Source: a virus (taxonomy: Duplodnaviria > Caudoviricetes). From it: DNA of 24,364 nucleotides. Location: IMG/VR virus record IMGVR_UViG_3300016659_000222, positions 1 to 24,364 of that record; one strand, written 5' to 3'. The notes beneath the pieces were generated by a model. That model had not been told where the DNA came from. It saw only the letters and a list, made by a program, of their open reading frames with translations, and did no database searches. Within the stretch, counting starts at the first letter, position 1, and the number at the start of each line of letters is the position of its first letter. The position numbers were made by a program, and so were the translations under genes. Positions 7,439-16,500 of this stretch are shown one piece after another.

Positions 7439-8266
7439 ATGAAAATGAACGAGAGATTTTTTGAATCGATCAATAATAGTCATAAAAACTATTGGATTGG
7501 ATTTATTTCACAAACAGCAGAATTCGATCAGCCAACAATCAAAATAAAAATTAAACAAAAATATAAAACACATTTGCTCAAATTGGCCAAAGAACTATCG
7601 ATTTCTGAAAATAGCATAGAAAAAAACGAAAATCATTCAGAGATAAAAATAAAAAACCCTAAAATTTTTAATGACTTTTGTCTTGCTAAACCATGCAGTA
7701 AATATATGAACGACTATTGGCGTGGTGTAATGGACGCAATAGGCAAGCTGTCAGAAGAAAGAAAAGAACTTAAACTTGTCGGCAATCAAATGGTTTGCCA
7801 AAGATTTCTATCTTTCTGTAAGAAATACACAAATACAAAATCAAGAGTTTCCAAAAACCAAATAAAATTACACGGCGACAATGCCATGAAGATTGCACAA
7901 GTTCTTTATACTGATTCTATTTTATATCTTGATTCAAATTATAAAATATTCAATAAATGGGAACAATTCGACAACAATGCAATTTTCCCCAAGGTTGTCA
8001 AGTTTTTTCATAAGATCATGCCTCAAAAATTCAGCGTCAAAAGGTGCAAAATAACCTCTGCGTTAGAAGGTGATTGTTGTTATAAAAACAACAAGTATTT
8101 CATAAGAATCAACAACAACTTGAATGACAAAGAATCAGTTAATTGTTTGCTGCATGAACTTGCACATATTGACACAATGCTCGAACAAGAGGAAGACCTT
8201 CATGGTTCGGCATTTGGTATGGCTTACTCAAAAATTTACAAATTGTTTGAAGCAGAATTCACTTGA
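7439..8266 (+). CDS. Degenerate LAGLIDADG-type domain fused to a SprT-like HExxH metallopeptidase domain
   Basis: NERFFESI-KNYWIGFISQTA, DYWRGVMDAIG and LYTDSILYL match phage LAGLIDADG architecture; the C-terminus has GDC-IRIN-LLHELAH-HGSAF. Confidence 0.65.
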   Translation: MKMNERFFESINNSHKNYWIGFISQTAEFDQPTIKIKIKQKYKTHLLKLAKELSISENSIEKNENHSEIKIKNPKIFNDFCLAKPCSKYMNDYWRGVMDAIGKLSEERKELKLVGNQMVCQRFLSFCKKYTNTKSRVSKNQIKLHGDNAMKIAQVLYTDSILYLDSNYKIFNKWEQFDNNAIFPKVVKFFHKIMPQKFSVKRCKITSALEGDCCYKNNKYFIRINNNLNDKESVNCLLHELAHIDTMLEQEEDLHGSAFGMAYSKIYKLFEAEFT

Positions 8267-8492
8267 CCAGATTGTTGTTTTCATCAACAACAATAATATC
8301 ATGCAGAACAATGTCTCTTGATATCATGGCGACTTCCGAATGAATTTCGGATGCGTCTTCTGCAAGGATAGTTATGGGATTAAGACTCCAACTGATTTCG
8401 TCGCCGTCACGATAAATTTCGTGAATAGCGAAATAATCGCCGCCGGGATTAAGGTGCTTAATGATACCGTAACGCCATCCTTTGACTTTCAT
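8259..8492 (-). CDS. Hypothetical phage protein
   Basis: GGGGAG RBS; WRYGII-FAIHEIY-W-NP pattern resembling small uncharacterised phage proteins. Confidence 0.7.
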   Translation of the reverse strand: MKVKGWRYGIIKHLNPGGDYFAIHEIYRDGDEISWSLNPITILAEDASEIHSEVAMISRDIVLHDIIVVDENNNLVK

Positions 8493-8519
8493 AAGCTCTC
8501 CCCATCGCTTGACAGAGGG

Positions 8520-8547
8520 ATTCTACCACTCAATTTTGAATCGGCAA
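8520..8547 (-). promoter_or_regulatory. Sigma70-like extended -10 promoter
   Basis: TTGCCG-N16-TAGAAT with TG extension in the intergenic gap upstream of ATG 8492. Confidence 0.55.
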
Positions 8548-8554
8548 ATGAAAA

Positions 8555-10027
8555 TTAGGGACCACCAACACCACGGTTGAGCATATCTTTCCAACGATCC
8601 GTCATAAGCTGTCTTTTCAGCATTTCAAACTCGCCACAAACAGGCGTTCTACCCAAGTATTGCACATAGATTGGGTTGACTTTTCTGGCTCCCAATTCAT
8701 CTGATTGGTAAGGCATTAGGTCAGAACCGTCATAACCCAAAAAGTCATCGAGTTTGCCGCCACCAAGCTTTGCCATCTGCATGAACTCTTTGATTTTTCC
8801 TTTGGTCAAACCTGAGTGCATATGAATCATGTCGTAGAATTTTTCAGGATCAAAGTTGTCTCCAGCCCATTGGTAAATTTTGACAAGATAGGAAACATCA
8901 TTAGCTTCCTGTTTAGACCAGCCACCTGATATAAGCATATCACGAACATCTTGAGGATTATTTTTGCGTAAAATCCACGCTGCCATCATCCAACGATCAT
9001 TGCGGAAATCTTCTGGCATATCTTGGGGATCAAACTCAATATTTGGAAAAACGGTAGCAAGCAAACCAGCATCGCTATAATTTTTCAAATAGTTTCTTGC
9101 ATCAATATCAGGATTTTCTAAACCACGAACAAATTCATCTTTTGATCTTTCAAGGGGAACCGATCCAAAATTCTTAAATGACTTTATTGATTTCATGTAT
9201 TTTTCAGGCAATTCATCACCAGCGCCAAATCTATTGTGTAAATTAACAAGCCTGTGCGCTGTCAAAGGGTCTTCGCTCAAACGATCATTAAATTTCTCGC
9301 CAACGGACTTCATTTCACCGCTCTTAAGGTGGTTTGCACCTCCAAATGGATCAATCAACTCGTTGTTTGGTCCGTCATCTTTTGTTAAAGGAATGTACAT
9401 GGCATTGATTGTAAAATCCCTGTTTGATGCATCGTCCTCAAGTGTGGCAGCGGCTTTAAAATCACTTGGAATGAAGTTTTTGCTCTTGGGAGATTTTGAC
9501 AAAGTAGAAATTTCAAAAGGTTGACCATTGACCTCTGCTGTCATCGACATTTCCTTGCCTTTTGAATCCCATTTACTTGCATAAAAAATCTTGTTTTTTC
9601 TTCCGTGAATCGGCAAGGCTCCATATTTAATCATGCTTTTTTGCGGTTTAACTTCAGTAAAGCCATTTTGTGACAAAATCAGTCGGATTTCAGAAGGAGT
9701 CGCATCAGTTACAAGATCATAATTTCTTGGTGTTTTGCCCAATAAATGATCTCTGACTGCCCCGCCTGTCAAATAAAGTGATTTTTTCTTTAGCTGCGGC
9801 TCAATTTCACCGTCTTTTTTGTCAATCGTTGTATATCCAACTTTGACTTTGTCAGAATTGAGAAAAGCCTTGACTATTTTGGAAAGATTAGGGTGATTCA
9901 ACTTATCAATTAAAAAAGGCGTGAATTCCCTACTGCCTTCCTTTTTTTGCAATTTAACTGTGGAAGTGACTCCTGTTACGGGTTTTTCTTCCTGTTCTTT
10001 TAAAAACTTTGTGAATAAACTTTCCAT
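8555..10027 (-). CDS. Class II tRNA nucleotidyltransferase / poly(A) polymerase family protein with atypical motifs
   Basis: LYLTGGAVRDHLLG-P-NYDLVTDATP, FEISTL, LEDDASNRDFTINAMY, IDPFGG-HL, EDPL, LLATVFP. Confidence 0.85.
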   Translation of the reverse strand: MESLFTKFLKEQEEKPVTGVTSTVKLQKKEGSREFTPFLIDKLNHPNLSKIVKAFLNSDKVKVGYTTIDKKDGEIEPQLKKKSLYLTGGAVRDHLLGKTPRNYDLVTDATPSEIRLILSQNGFTEVKPQKSMIKYGALPIHGRKNKIFYASKWDSKGKEMSMTAEVNGQPFEISTLSKSPKSKNFIPSDFKAAATLEDDASNRDFTINAMYIPLTKDDGPNNELIDPFGGANHLKSGEMKSVGEKFNDRLSEDPLTAHRLVNLHNRFGAGDELPEKYMKSIKSFKNFGSVPLERSKDEFVRGLENPDIDARNYLKNYSDAGLLATVFPNIEFDPQDMPEDFRNDRWMMAAWILRKNNPQDVRDMLISGGWSKQEANDVSYLVKIYQWAGDNFDPEKFYDMIHMHSGLTKGKIKEFMQMAKLGGGKLDDFLGYDGSDLMPYQSDELGARKVNPIYVQYLGRTPVCGEFEMLKRQLMTDRWKDMLNRGVGGP

Positions 10028-10064
10028 ATTATTATTCCAATTGATGGCCTATTATTTTATGTAT

Positions 10065-10376
10065 TCATTTTGATTGAAAACCAAGCATCCAAAGTATCGC
10101 TGCGCCAATTATTGTTAAAATTAGTTTCCAAGCATCATCAAATATTTTTTCTCCAATTCCGCCTACAAATTTAAGTTTGTCTGTTAATGATCTGATTGTT
10201 ATCTTTAATTCCATCAATTCATTTTTTATTGTTTCGATTTTTTCGTCAAGTTTCTCGTCTGATTTAGCTAGGTTTTCATGCCTTTCAAGAATGGATTTGA
10301 TTTTCTCATCTGCTCTTGCAGCCATTTCTTGAAGACTTTTCAAAATGTCATTATCTGGCTTTTGGGAAGATGGCAT
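10065..10376 (-). CDS. Coiled-coil protein with C-terminal transmembrane helix (XhlA/holin-like architecture)
   Basis: Heptad-rich N-terminal region followed by WKLILTIIGAAILWMLG. Function inferred from architecture only. Confidence 0.55.
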   Translation of the reverse strand: MPSSQKPDNDILKSLQEMAARADEKIKSILERHENLAKSDEKLDEKIETIKNELMELKITIRSLTDKLKFVGGIGEKIFDDAWKLILTIIGAAILWMLGFQSK

Positions 10377-10403
10377 AACTTTCCATTTCTACATTTTTAG
10401 GGC

Positions 10404-10413
10404 TATATATTTA
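10404..10413. promoter_or_regulatory. Overlapping divergent TAnATA motifs (putative late promoters)
   Basis: TATATA at 10404-10409, 7 nt before ATG 10417; TAAATA on - at 10408-10413 upstream of 10376. Confidence 0.35.
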
Positions 10414-10416
10414 CAT

Positions 10417-10929
10417 ATGAGTGAGACGAAAAAAATAGATCAACCGGTTGTGATCGCAGAAACTGTTGAATCGCCGGTCATTATTGAAGAGCAAGTTGAA
10501 TCCTTGCTCCCATCTATGAATTTGAATGTTCCAGAACCACCAAAGCCAAATGAGTCGGCTCTTATATCTGACGAACATTACTTGAGCGTTTTGGACGAAA
10601 TTGTCACAAATATTCGTGATGATAGGAATCAAGTCAACGAATACATCGATACCTTTGCAAATATGGTTTTGAACGAAGGTGATGCTACGACCTCAAGCAA
10701 GGAAGCACTCATCAATCTCGTCAAGACCAAGGTTGATCTTCAAGATAAAATGTTAAAGGCTGCTGATCTTATGACAAGGTTGAAACTGAAGAATACATAT
10801 GCTTATTCAGGACCACATTTGAACGCTTTACAGCAAAACAATATCAACATAGGTTCTGATAACACAACATTTGACAGGAAAGAGTTTATTAAGGCAATCA
10901 ATCAAGCCAAAAAGAAAAAGAAGGATTAA
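10417..10929 (+). CDS. Helical phage protein, possible terminase small subunit (T4 gp16-like)
   Basis: EALINLVKTKVDLQDKML and QQNNINIGS-RKEFIKAI resemble the helical core and C-terminal strand of T4-like small terminases. ATG 10417 avoids overlap with the divergent gene. Confidence 0.45.
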   Translation: MSETKKIDQPVVIAETVESPVIIEEQVESLLPSMNLNVPEPPKPNESALISDEHYLSVLDEIVTNIRDDRNQVNEYIDTFANMVLNEGDATTSSKEALINLVKTKVDLQDKMLKAADLMTRLKLKNTYAYSGPHLNALQQNNINIGSDNTTFDRKEFIKAINQAKKKKKD

Positions 10930-10931
10930 AA

Positions 10932-12266
10932 ATGTCACGATTTGCAATTCAAGATTGGTTAAACGAAGCATCTGGAGATGTTGCTGGCGGTCAGGCTCCA
11001 GCCATGACACCCGATTCAATGACTGGTGGTGCTCCAGCAGGCGATCCCAATGCAGCTAATCCACCAACTGACATGGCTCCAGACTTTCCTGCCACACAGC
11101 AAAATTCACCAGAAGCAGCAAAACAAGGCGCTCCAGATGCTCAGAAAAGTAACGAAATGCCTGATGTCACAAGCGATCCTCAAGCGCCAGACATGCCGGA
11201 AAAAACCGAAAAGAAAGATTTTGAACAATGGAAAAATGATTATTTCAAAGAAAGCGTCAAAGGAGATGCAAATAAACTTGTTGAGTTGATCCAGCAGGTT
11301 CGTGATAACAATTTGGATTCTTATCCAAGAAAGTTTGTTGAAGACAATCTTCAGATTTGTTTCTTGCGACAAAATGCCAATATTGACAAGGCAGCAAAAA
11401 ACATCAGGAATGCAATTAAACAAGATTTGGATCATAATAATCCATCAGTTTCGCTTGTCAATCATTTGTCTTCCGCTCTTCAGTCTATGCCGGATTTGAA
11501 CAATGTTTTCATTAAACTGAAGGGTCTTCTTGGAATGAAAAGCGATTTGCACAGAAAATACATTGCAAGTTTGCTTGGTGCTGTACAAGTCGGCTCTGGA
11601 GCAAACAACGAAGACCTTATTTACAACGAGAAAGATTATTCAATCAGAACTTCAACCCGCTTCAACGATAAATGGGGAAGAGTTGATATAGGAAAATGGA
11701 GCCTTCGTGAAGATGATCCCGACCGTTATCTTACTGAACCGGAAAGAAAAAGAATGGAAGAAGGCAGTCCTGAAGAAAAGGATGTTCTTCGTCGGCGTGT
11801 GGTAATGGAATCAATCGCTGAAACATTCAAAAAAAGAAGCTTTATAATCAATGTCGTAAATCAGCATGGAACTATTTACACACTTGGCTGGGATTTAGCT
11901 GGGAGTATTAAAAACGCATATACAAGCGGAAAGCTGATAGTCAGAACTATAGAGAGCGACAATAACGAAGCAATGATTGATGAAGAAGGAACAATCATTC
12001 CTTATGTTGACATCAAGGTCAAATATGTGAAGAACGGTCAGGGAACAGACGAAAATGGTCATCCGATAAAAGAAGAACACGATTTCATGGAAAGAATTGA
12101 CGGGATTTTGTTCTTGACTGCACAGTTCAACATTTTAAAGGAAGCAGCAAGTTCATTTAGCGGAATTGTCTTGAAGGAAACACCCTACAACGGCAATCCA
12201 AGCGACTTGAATGTTTTGATGCGATGTGTTCCTAGCGCACCTGAAATTTTAATGAGAAATTGCTAA
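10932..12266 (+). CDS. Hypothetical protein, probably virion-associated, with Pro/Ala/Asp-rich disordered N-terminus
   Basis: 444-aa ORF, AGGA RBS, FAIQDWLNE N-terminus, ~80-aa low-complexity segment, structural gene context. Confidence 0.6.
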   Translation: MSRFAIQDWLNEASGDVAGGQAPAMTPDSMTGGAPAGDPNAANPPTDMAPDFPATQQNSPEAAKQGAPDAQKSNEMPDVTSDPQAPDMPEKTEKKDFEQWKNDYFKESVKGDANKLVELIQQVRDNNLDSYPRKFVEDNLQICFLRQNANIDKAAKNIRNAIKQDLDHNNPSVSLVNHLSSALQSMPDLNNVFIKLKGLLGMKSDLHRKYIASLLGAVQVGSGANNEDLIYNEKDYSIRTSTRFNDKWGRVDIGKWSLREDDPDRYLTEPERKRMEEGSPEEKDVLRRRVVMESIAETFKKRSFIINVVNQHGTIYTLGWDLAGSIKNAYTSGKLIVRTIESDNNEAMIDEEGTIIPYVDIKVKYVKNGQGTDENGHPIKEEHDFMERIDGILFLTAQFNILKEAASSFSGIVLKETPYNGNPSDLNVLMRCVPSAPEILMRNC

Positions 12267-12276
12267 AGGAATTAAA

Positions 12277-12753
12277 ATGCAAAACTTTTTTGAATTCATC
12301 GACAGGAAACAGCGTGAAGCGGTTGACGATTTGGAGATCGTAGCCAAAGCTTTGAAAAAAAATAAGCTTGATGTGAAAGAACACCTTCATGTTGATCAAC
12401 CTTATGTTTTCGTCAAGTCAAACAACAAAAAATTAAGTTTTGAGGGTGTTCGTGTCTACAAAATAGGCGAACATATTGCATACAGGATTCAAAGACTAGA
12501 AAAATCAGAACCTTTTGGAAAAACTTATGCTTTGAATCTTGAGGATATGTTCAACGATTTCATGTCTGATGGCATGTCAAAGGAAGAGGCTGGAGAGAAG
12601 GTTATTGAAAGTCTTGGTGAAGAAATCAAAAAATTCTTCAAGAGAAGTGCCAAGGCTGAAGAAGAACTCAGGACTGGTCAAAAGGATGGGCTAGGTTTGA
12701 TTATAAAAACTGGCGGTACGGATTACAGCAGCACAGTTTTGAATAGGGCATAA
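12277..12753 (+). CDS. Hypothetical protein (possibly structural)
   Basis: AGGA RBS, 158 aa, tightly packed in the operon, MQNFFEFI N-terminus. Confidence 0.65.
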   Translation: MQNFFEFIDRKQREAVDDLEIVAKALKKNKLDVKEHLHVDQPYVFVKSNNKKLSFEGVRVYKIGEHIAYRIQRLEKSEPFGKTYALNLEDMFNDFMSDGMSKEEAGEKVIESLGEEIKKFFKRSAKAEEELRTGQKDGLGLIIKTGGTDYSSTVLNRA

Positions 12754-12954
12754 ATGGATGAAGTAAAAAAACAAGAAATCACCAAAGACGAATCAAACGA
12801 TTTATTTGCTTTAATTCTGTCCTTGATTTTACCTCCTGCTGGTGTGGCTGTAAAGCGTGGTATAGACGAACAATTTGTCATAAATATTTTGCTGACATTA
12901 TTCGGATATTTTCCGGGTGTAATTCACGCTTTGTATATCATTTTGAAAAAATGA
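12754..12954 (+). CDS. yqaE: YqaE/Pmp3 (UPF0057) family membrane proteolipid
   Basis: LILSLILPPAGV-G-INILLTLFGYFPGVIHALYII is the canonical family signature. Confidence 0.92.
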   Translation: MDEVKKQEITKDESNDLFALILSLILPPAGVAVKRGIDEQFVINILLTLFGYFPGVIHALYIILKK

Positions 12955-12955
12955 G

Positions 12956-13447
12956 ATGGCTGTACCATTTGTCGATGCTGTCATTCCTCAAGGGTTATTG
13001 GGGCAAAATGTCACGAACACAGCCGTTGTTCGTGGCAGTTTGGTGACTTTCAACTATATTTTTCATAAACCCGGTCATGATCCAGCCCCTTTGGTTCTTA
13101 TAACTGATATCTGGGATCGATACATTCGTGGAATAAATTTACATTATTTGACTTTTCCAGTAATTAAAAAAATGATTTATCCACAGCCGGGAATTTCGGT
13201 TTGTGACAATCCTATTTTTACTTACCAATATATCAAGGGAAATACCTATATAAAGTCAGCGTTTAGGCAATACAAAAGAAACGGGATTCAGAGGTTAAGG
13301 AAACTGGATTGCGCTTTCATAGTTAATGCTCTCAGCGTCTCAAGATCATTTGATCCCAACGAGATTGAAGCGATTCGCAGGTCTATTAGAGAGCAGATTC
13401 GCCGAATGGTTAATGAACCAGCAGCCCCCGGTGAAAGGACTATATAA
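12956..13447 (+). CDS. DNA end protector protein (T4 gp2-like)
   Basis: GSLVTFNY-HDPAPLVL-GINLHYL-FRQY motif series typical of gp2-like proteins. Confidence 0.7.
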   Translation: MAVPFVDAVIPQGLLGQNVTNTAVVRGSLVTFNYIFHKPGHDPAPLVLITDIWDRYIRGINLHYLTFPVIKKMIYPQPGISVCDNPIFTYQYIKGNTYIKSAFRQYKRNGIQRLRKLDCAFIVNALSVSRSFDPNEIEAIRRSIREQIRRMVNEPAAPGERTI

Positions 13448-13464
13448 AATAAATGTCATAAATA
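13441..13464 (+). promoter_or_regulatory. Putative late promoter(s) for the tape measure gene
   Basis: TATATA at 13441-13446 and TAAATA at 13459-13464 upstream of ATG 13512. Confidence 0.35.
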
Positions 13465-13511
13465 ACAAAAAAATTCTATTTTAACTTAGGTAAAAATCTG
13501 ATTGGGAAAAA

Positions 13512-16500
13512 ATGGCAGAAGGAACAAATACAGAAGACATATTGGGGCGTGACCTAAGTTCTTTGGTCACTTCCATAGATGCTTTGAAATCTATCCTAAG
13601 TCAAACAAAGACGAGCATTGAGCAAAATCTTGGCGGTTCAACTCCAGATGCCGCTGGTTTAAAAGATATTTTGAAACAAGTCATTAAAGGTTTCAGCGAT
13701 GCTGCTGGAGAACAAGAGCAATTTGTAAAAAAAGTTATCGCATCATTAAAAGGAGTAGACCTAGCAAGGGTTCAGAAACAAGCAGATTCAAAGTTGAACA
13801 AGCCTAGGATGAAAGAAGAAATAAGGTTTAATAGAAAGCTTGAAAAAATTCAAGAAAAAATACAAAGAAAAGGCAGACAAGATTTTATTGATATAACAGA
13901 AGCACTAGTAAGAGATACTGCAAAAAGACTGGGAAAAAGCTGGGAACACACATTAGAATACTTAGAAAAAATGGATGATCAAGGTATACAAAAATTACAA
14001 GCAGAATTTGACGCTTTAGACCCAGAAAAAGTTAAATATATTTTAGAAAACACAGAAGACTTAGTCTCTGGTCTAAGTCAAGCCCGTAATGAAAATGAAG
14101 AATTAAATAAGGCAATGCAAGAATACTATTCTGCATTAAACAACGCAAGATATCAACTATATGACATAAATAAAATTTTTCAAAATATCGAAGGATTTGT
14201 GGGTCTTGAAACAAGTAAAACTTTATTTACTGATCTTTACGAAACAGAAAGAAAATTCACGCAGGAAATGCGTCAAATTGCATTTGAAACTGCTGGTGTA
14301 ACTAAGGAGAGCTTTGGTTTACAAAGAGCCTTTGAAAATATTGGAGCAACTGTAAAAGCTACTGGATTTGATAGAACAAAGTTCCAAGAATCTTATCGCA
14401 AAGCACTTAAAAGTGGCGTAAAAGACCTGAAACAAGCCGTGACACTCACTTCGACTCAGCTCAATACGGAAAAGCAACTTGGACTGGAAGCTGGTTCATT
14501 ACAAGAAAATTTCCAGCAAATGGTTCAGAGCGGTCGTATGAGCAACAATCAAATTGCTGATATGGGTCGTGGAATGCGTCAAGTGGCCCGCACAACAGGT
14601 TTAACTGGAGAGGCGCTAAAGGGCGTTATCGACAGCAGTATGCAGTTCGTGGATCAAATGCGTAAAGCTGCGACTTTATCATCTGCTGCTTCAAAAAATA
14701 TTATTGAACTTGGTGCTAATGCCAAAAAGTTAGGCGTTGAAGAAGAAATGAATAAACTTCGTACTGGTCTTTCTAGCAGTACAAGTTTATTAACGGAGGC
14801 TGCTGGAGAAACTCAAACTTTAATTTTCCTAGCCGCATCCAGAGTTGGCAGAGTTCAAGATGCATTAAATGGTACACTACTTCGTTCAAAAGAGGGAATT
14901 AAAGATTTTGCCCAAGGTATGAAATCAATTCTTCAGGGTTTTGGAGTTGATAGCCTTGAAGCAATCGATCAAATGGGCGACGAGGCCAAAAGAGTTTTAA
15001 ACCTTCAGTTGAAAGCAACTGTCGGCATGGAACTCGGAGCATTTCGTTCAATAATTGAATCATATGAAGAAGCAGGAAAAAGTCTTGGAGAAAGACTTGA
15101 CACGATCAATAAAAAGATGGAAGGCAATCTTACAATCAGCGAAAAGAACGCATTGGTTGAAGAACAAAGAGCACTTAAAACAGCAAAACAATTAGAAGTA
15201 TTGACGGTTTTAGATGAAGCTGCCAAAGGAGCAAAAAATATGGATCAAGCTCTTGCCAAGTTCGGCGAGAGAAGAAAAGAATTTGAAGGAGATTTGAAAG
15301 GTTTAGGTCTTGATTTCCAGAACGATGCCGATGTCATAAGAGGATCGTTACAAGGTGCCGTAAAAGACATCAATGCTGGTTTAAAGAAGGCGGGAAAGTC
15401 TGAACTAAAGATAGATAGCAGCGAAATTGATAAAGCAATTAAAGACCCCGCTGCTTTCCGTGAGTTGACTAGTAAGATTGTTGAAGGCGAAAAGGAATTA
15501 GCGACCGCTCAAAAAGCCCAACTTGACCCTCTGACACAAACAAATCAAACTTTAACTGAAATTAACGATAGTATAAGAAATTTAAGCCAAAGCGTAATAT
15601 CAAATTTATTGACTGGAGTAGTTGGTCAATTCATAATGCTTGCAGGCGTGATTGCTGGGCTGGGTTCATTTTTAACTGGAACAATTGTCAATTCATTCTT
15701 TGAATTGAATAGGATGATTGATAAAGTATTTTTTGGTGTAAGTGAATATGGTGGAAAAACAAACTCTTTGTTGAAGAACATCGAAATTATTCTAGGTGGC
15801 AGACCAGCAGAAGATAAAAAAAATCAAACTCCCGCTCCAACTACAACACCTGAACCACCTACAACTACAAATCCAACCGGAACAGAACAGGCAAAACCAG
15901 CCAAGAAGGGTGCTCTTGGCGGCATGGGCGATATGTTCTCGGGAGCAGAAGGAAAAGATTTAGCTAAAGCCGCCGCTGCTATTCTTGCTTTGTCTGTTGG
16001 AATTGTTGCTCTTGGTTCTGCGATTGTTTTCCTTGCTGATAAAGTAATGGCATCATTTGACCTTGATGTAAACAAGGTCATGCAAACTGCACAACTTGTC
16101 GGCGCAATTGCTATGGCTGGCGGGGCAATAGCCGCTGCCGGTGTGCTTGCATTTGAAGCGATGAATAGTGACAGTGCTCAAAGTTTCTTGAATGGATTTA
16201 ATGCATCAAGTATAAAACAGTTTTTAATGTTCTCTGGTGCCTTGCTAATTCTTGGGCCTGCGGTAGTTGGCCTTGGCGCATCCATAGTTGCTATTACAAA
16301 TATGATCCTTAGTGGTCTCAAGGTTGATGTCAATCGAGTTCTTGAGGTAGCAGGGGTTGTAACTGCTTTAGGTGCGGCTGCAACTGGCATGATTTTCGCA
16401 GTTATGGAATTTGCTGGTTTCATTGATGAAAATCAAAGCCAATTTGATAATTTAGTTCAAAACGCCGGGAAATATCTTTACTATATGGCTGTTGGTGGAG

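Noticed and set aside
7439-8266. Intein or intron explanation for the LAGLIDADG domain
   Set aside because: No N-terminal Cys/Ser splice block, no HN-C/S/T junction and no interrupted host gene on either side.
777-12080. Short overlapping ORFs in the track (e.g. 777-992, 2350-2541, 5360-5680, 9195-9524, 11106-11435)
   Set aside because: Fully overlap well-supported genes and show no protein-like motifs.
13504-13511. GGGAAAA slippery-like heptamer just before the tape measure start
   Set aside because: It is intergenic with no tail-chaperone ORF running into it; the upstream gene is gp2-like and stops at 13447.
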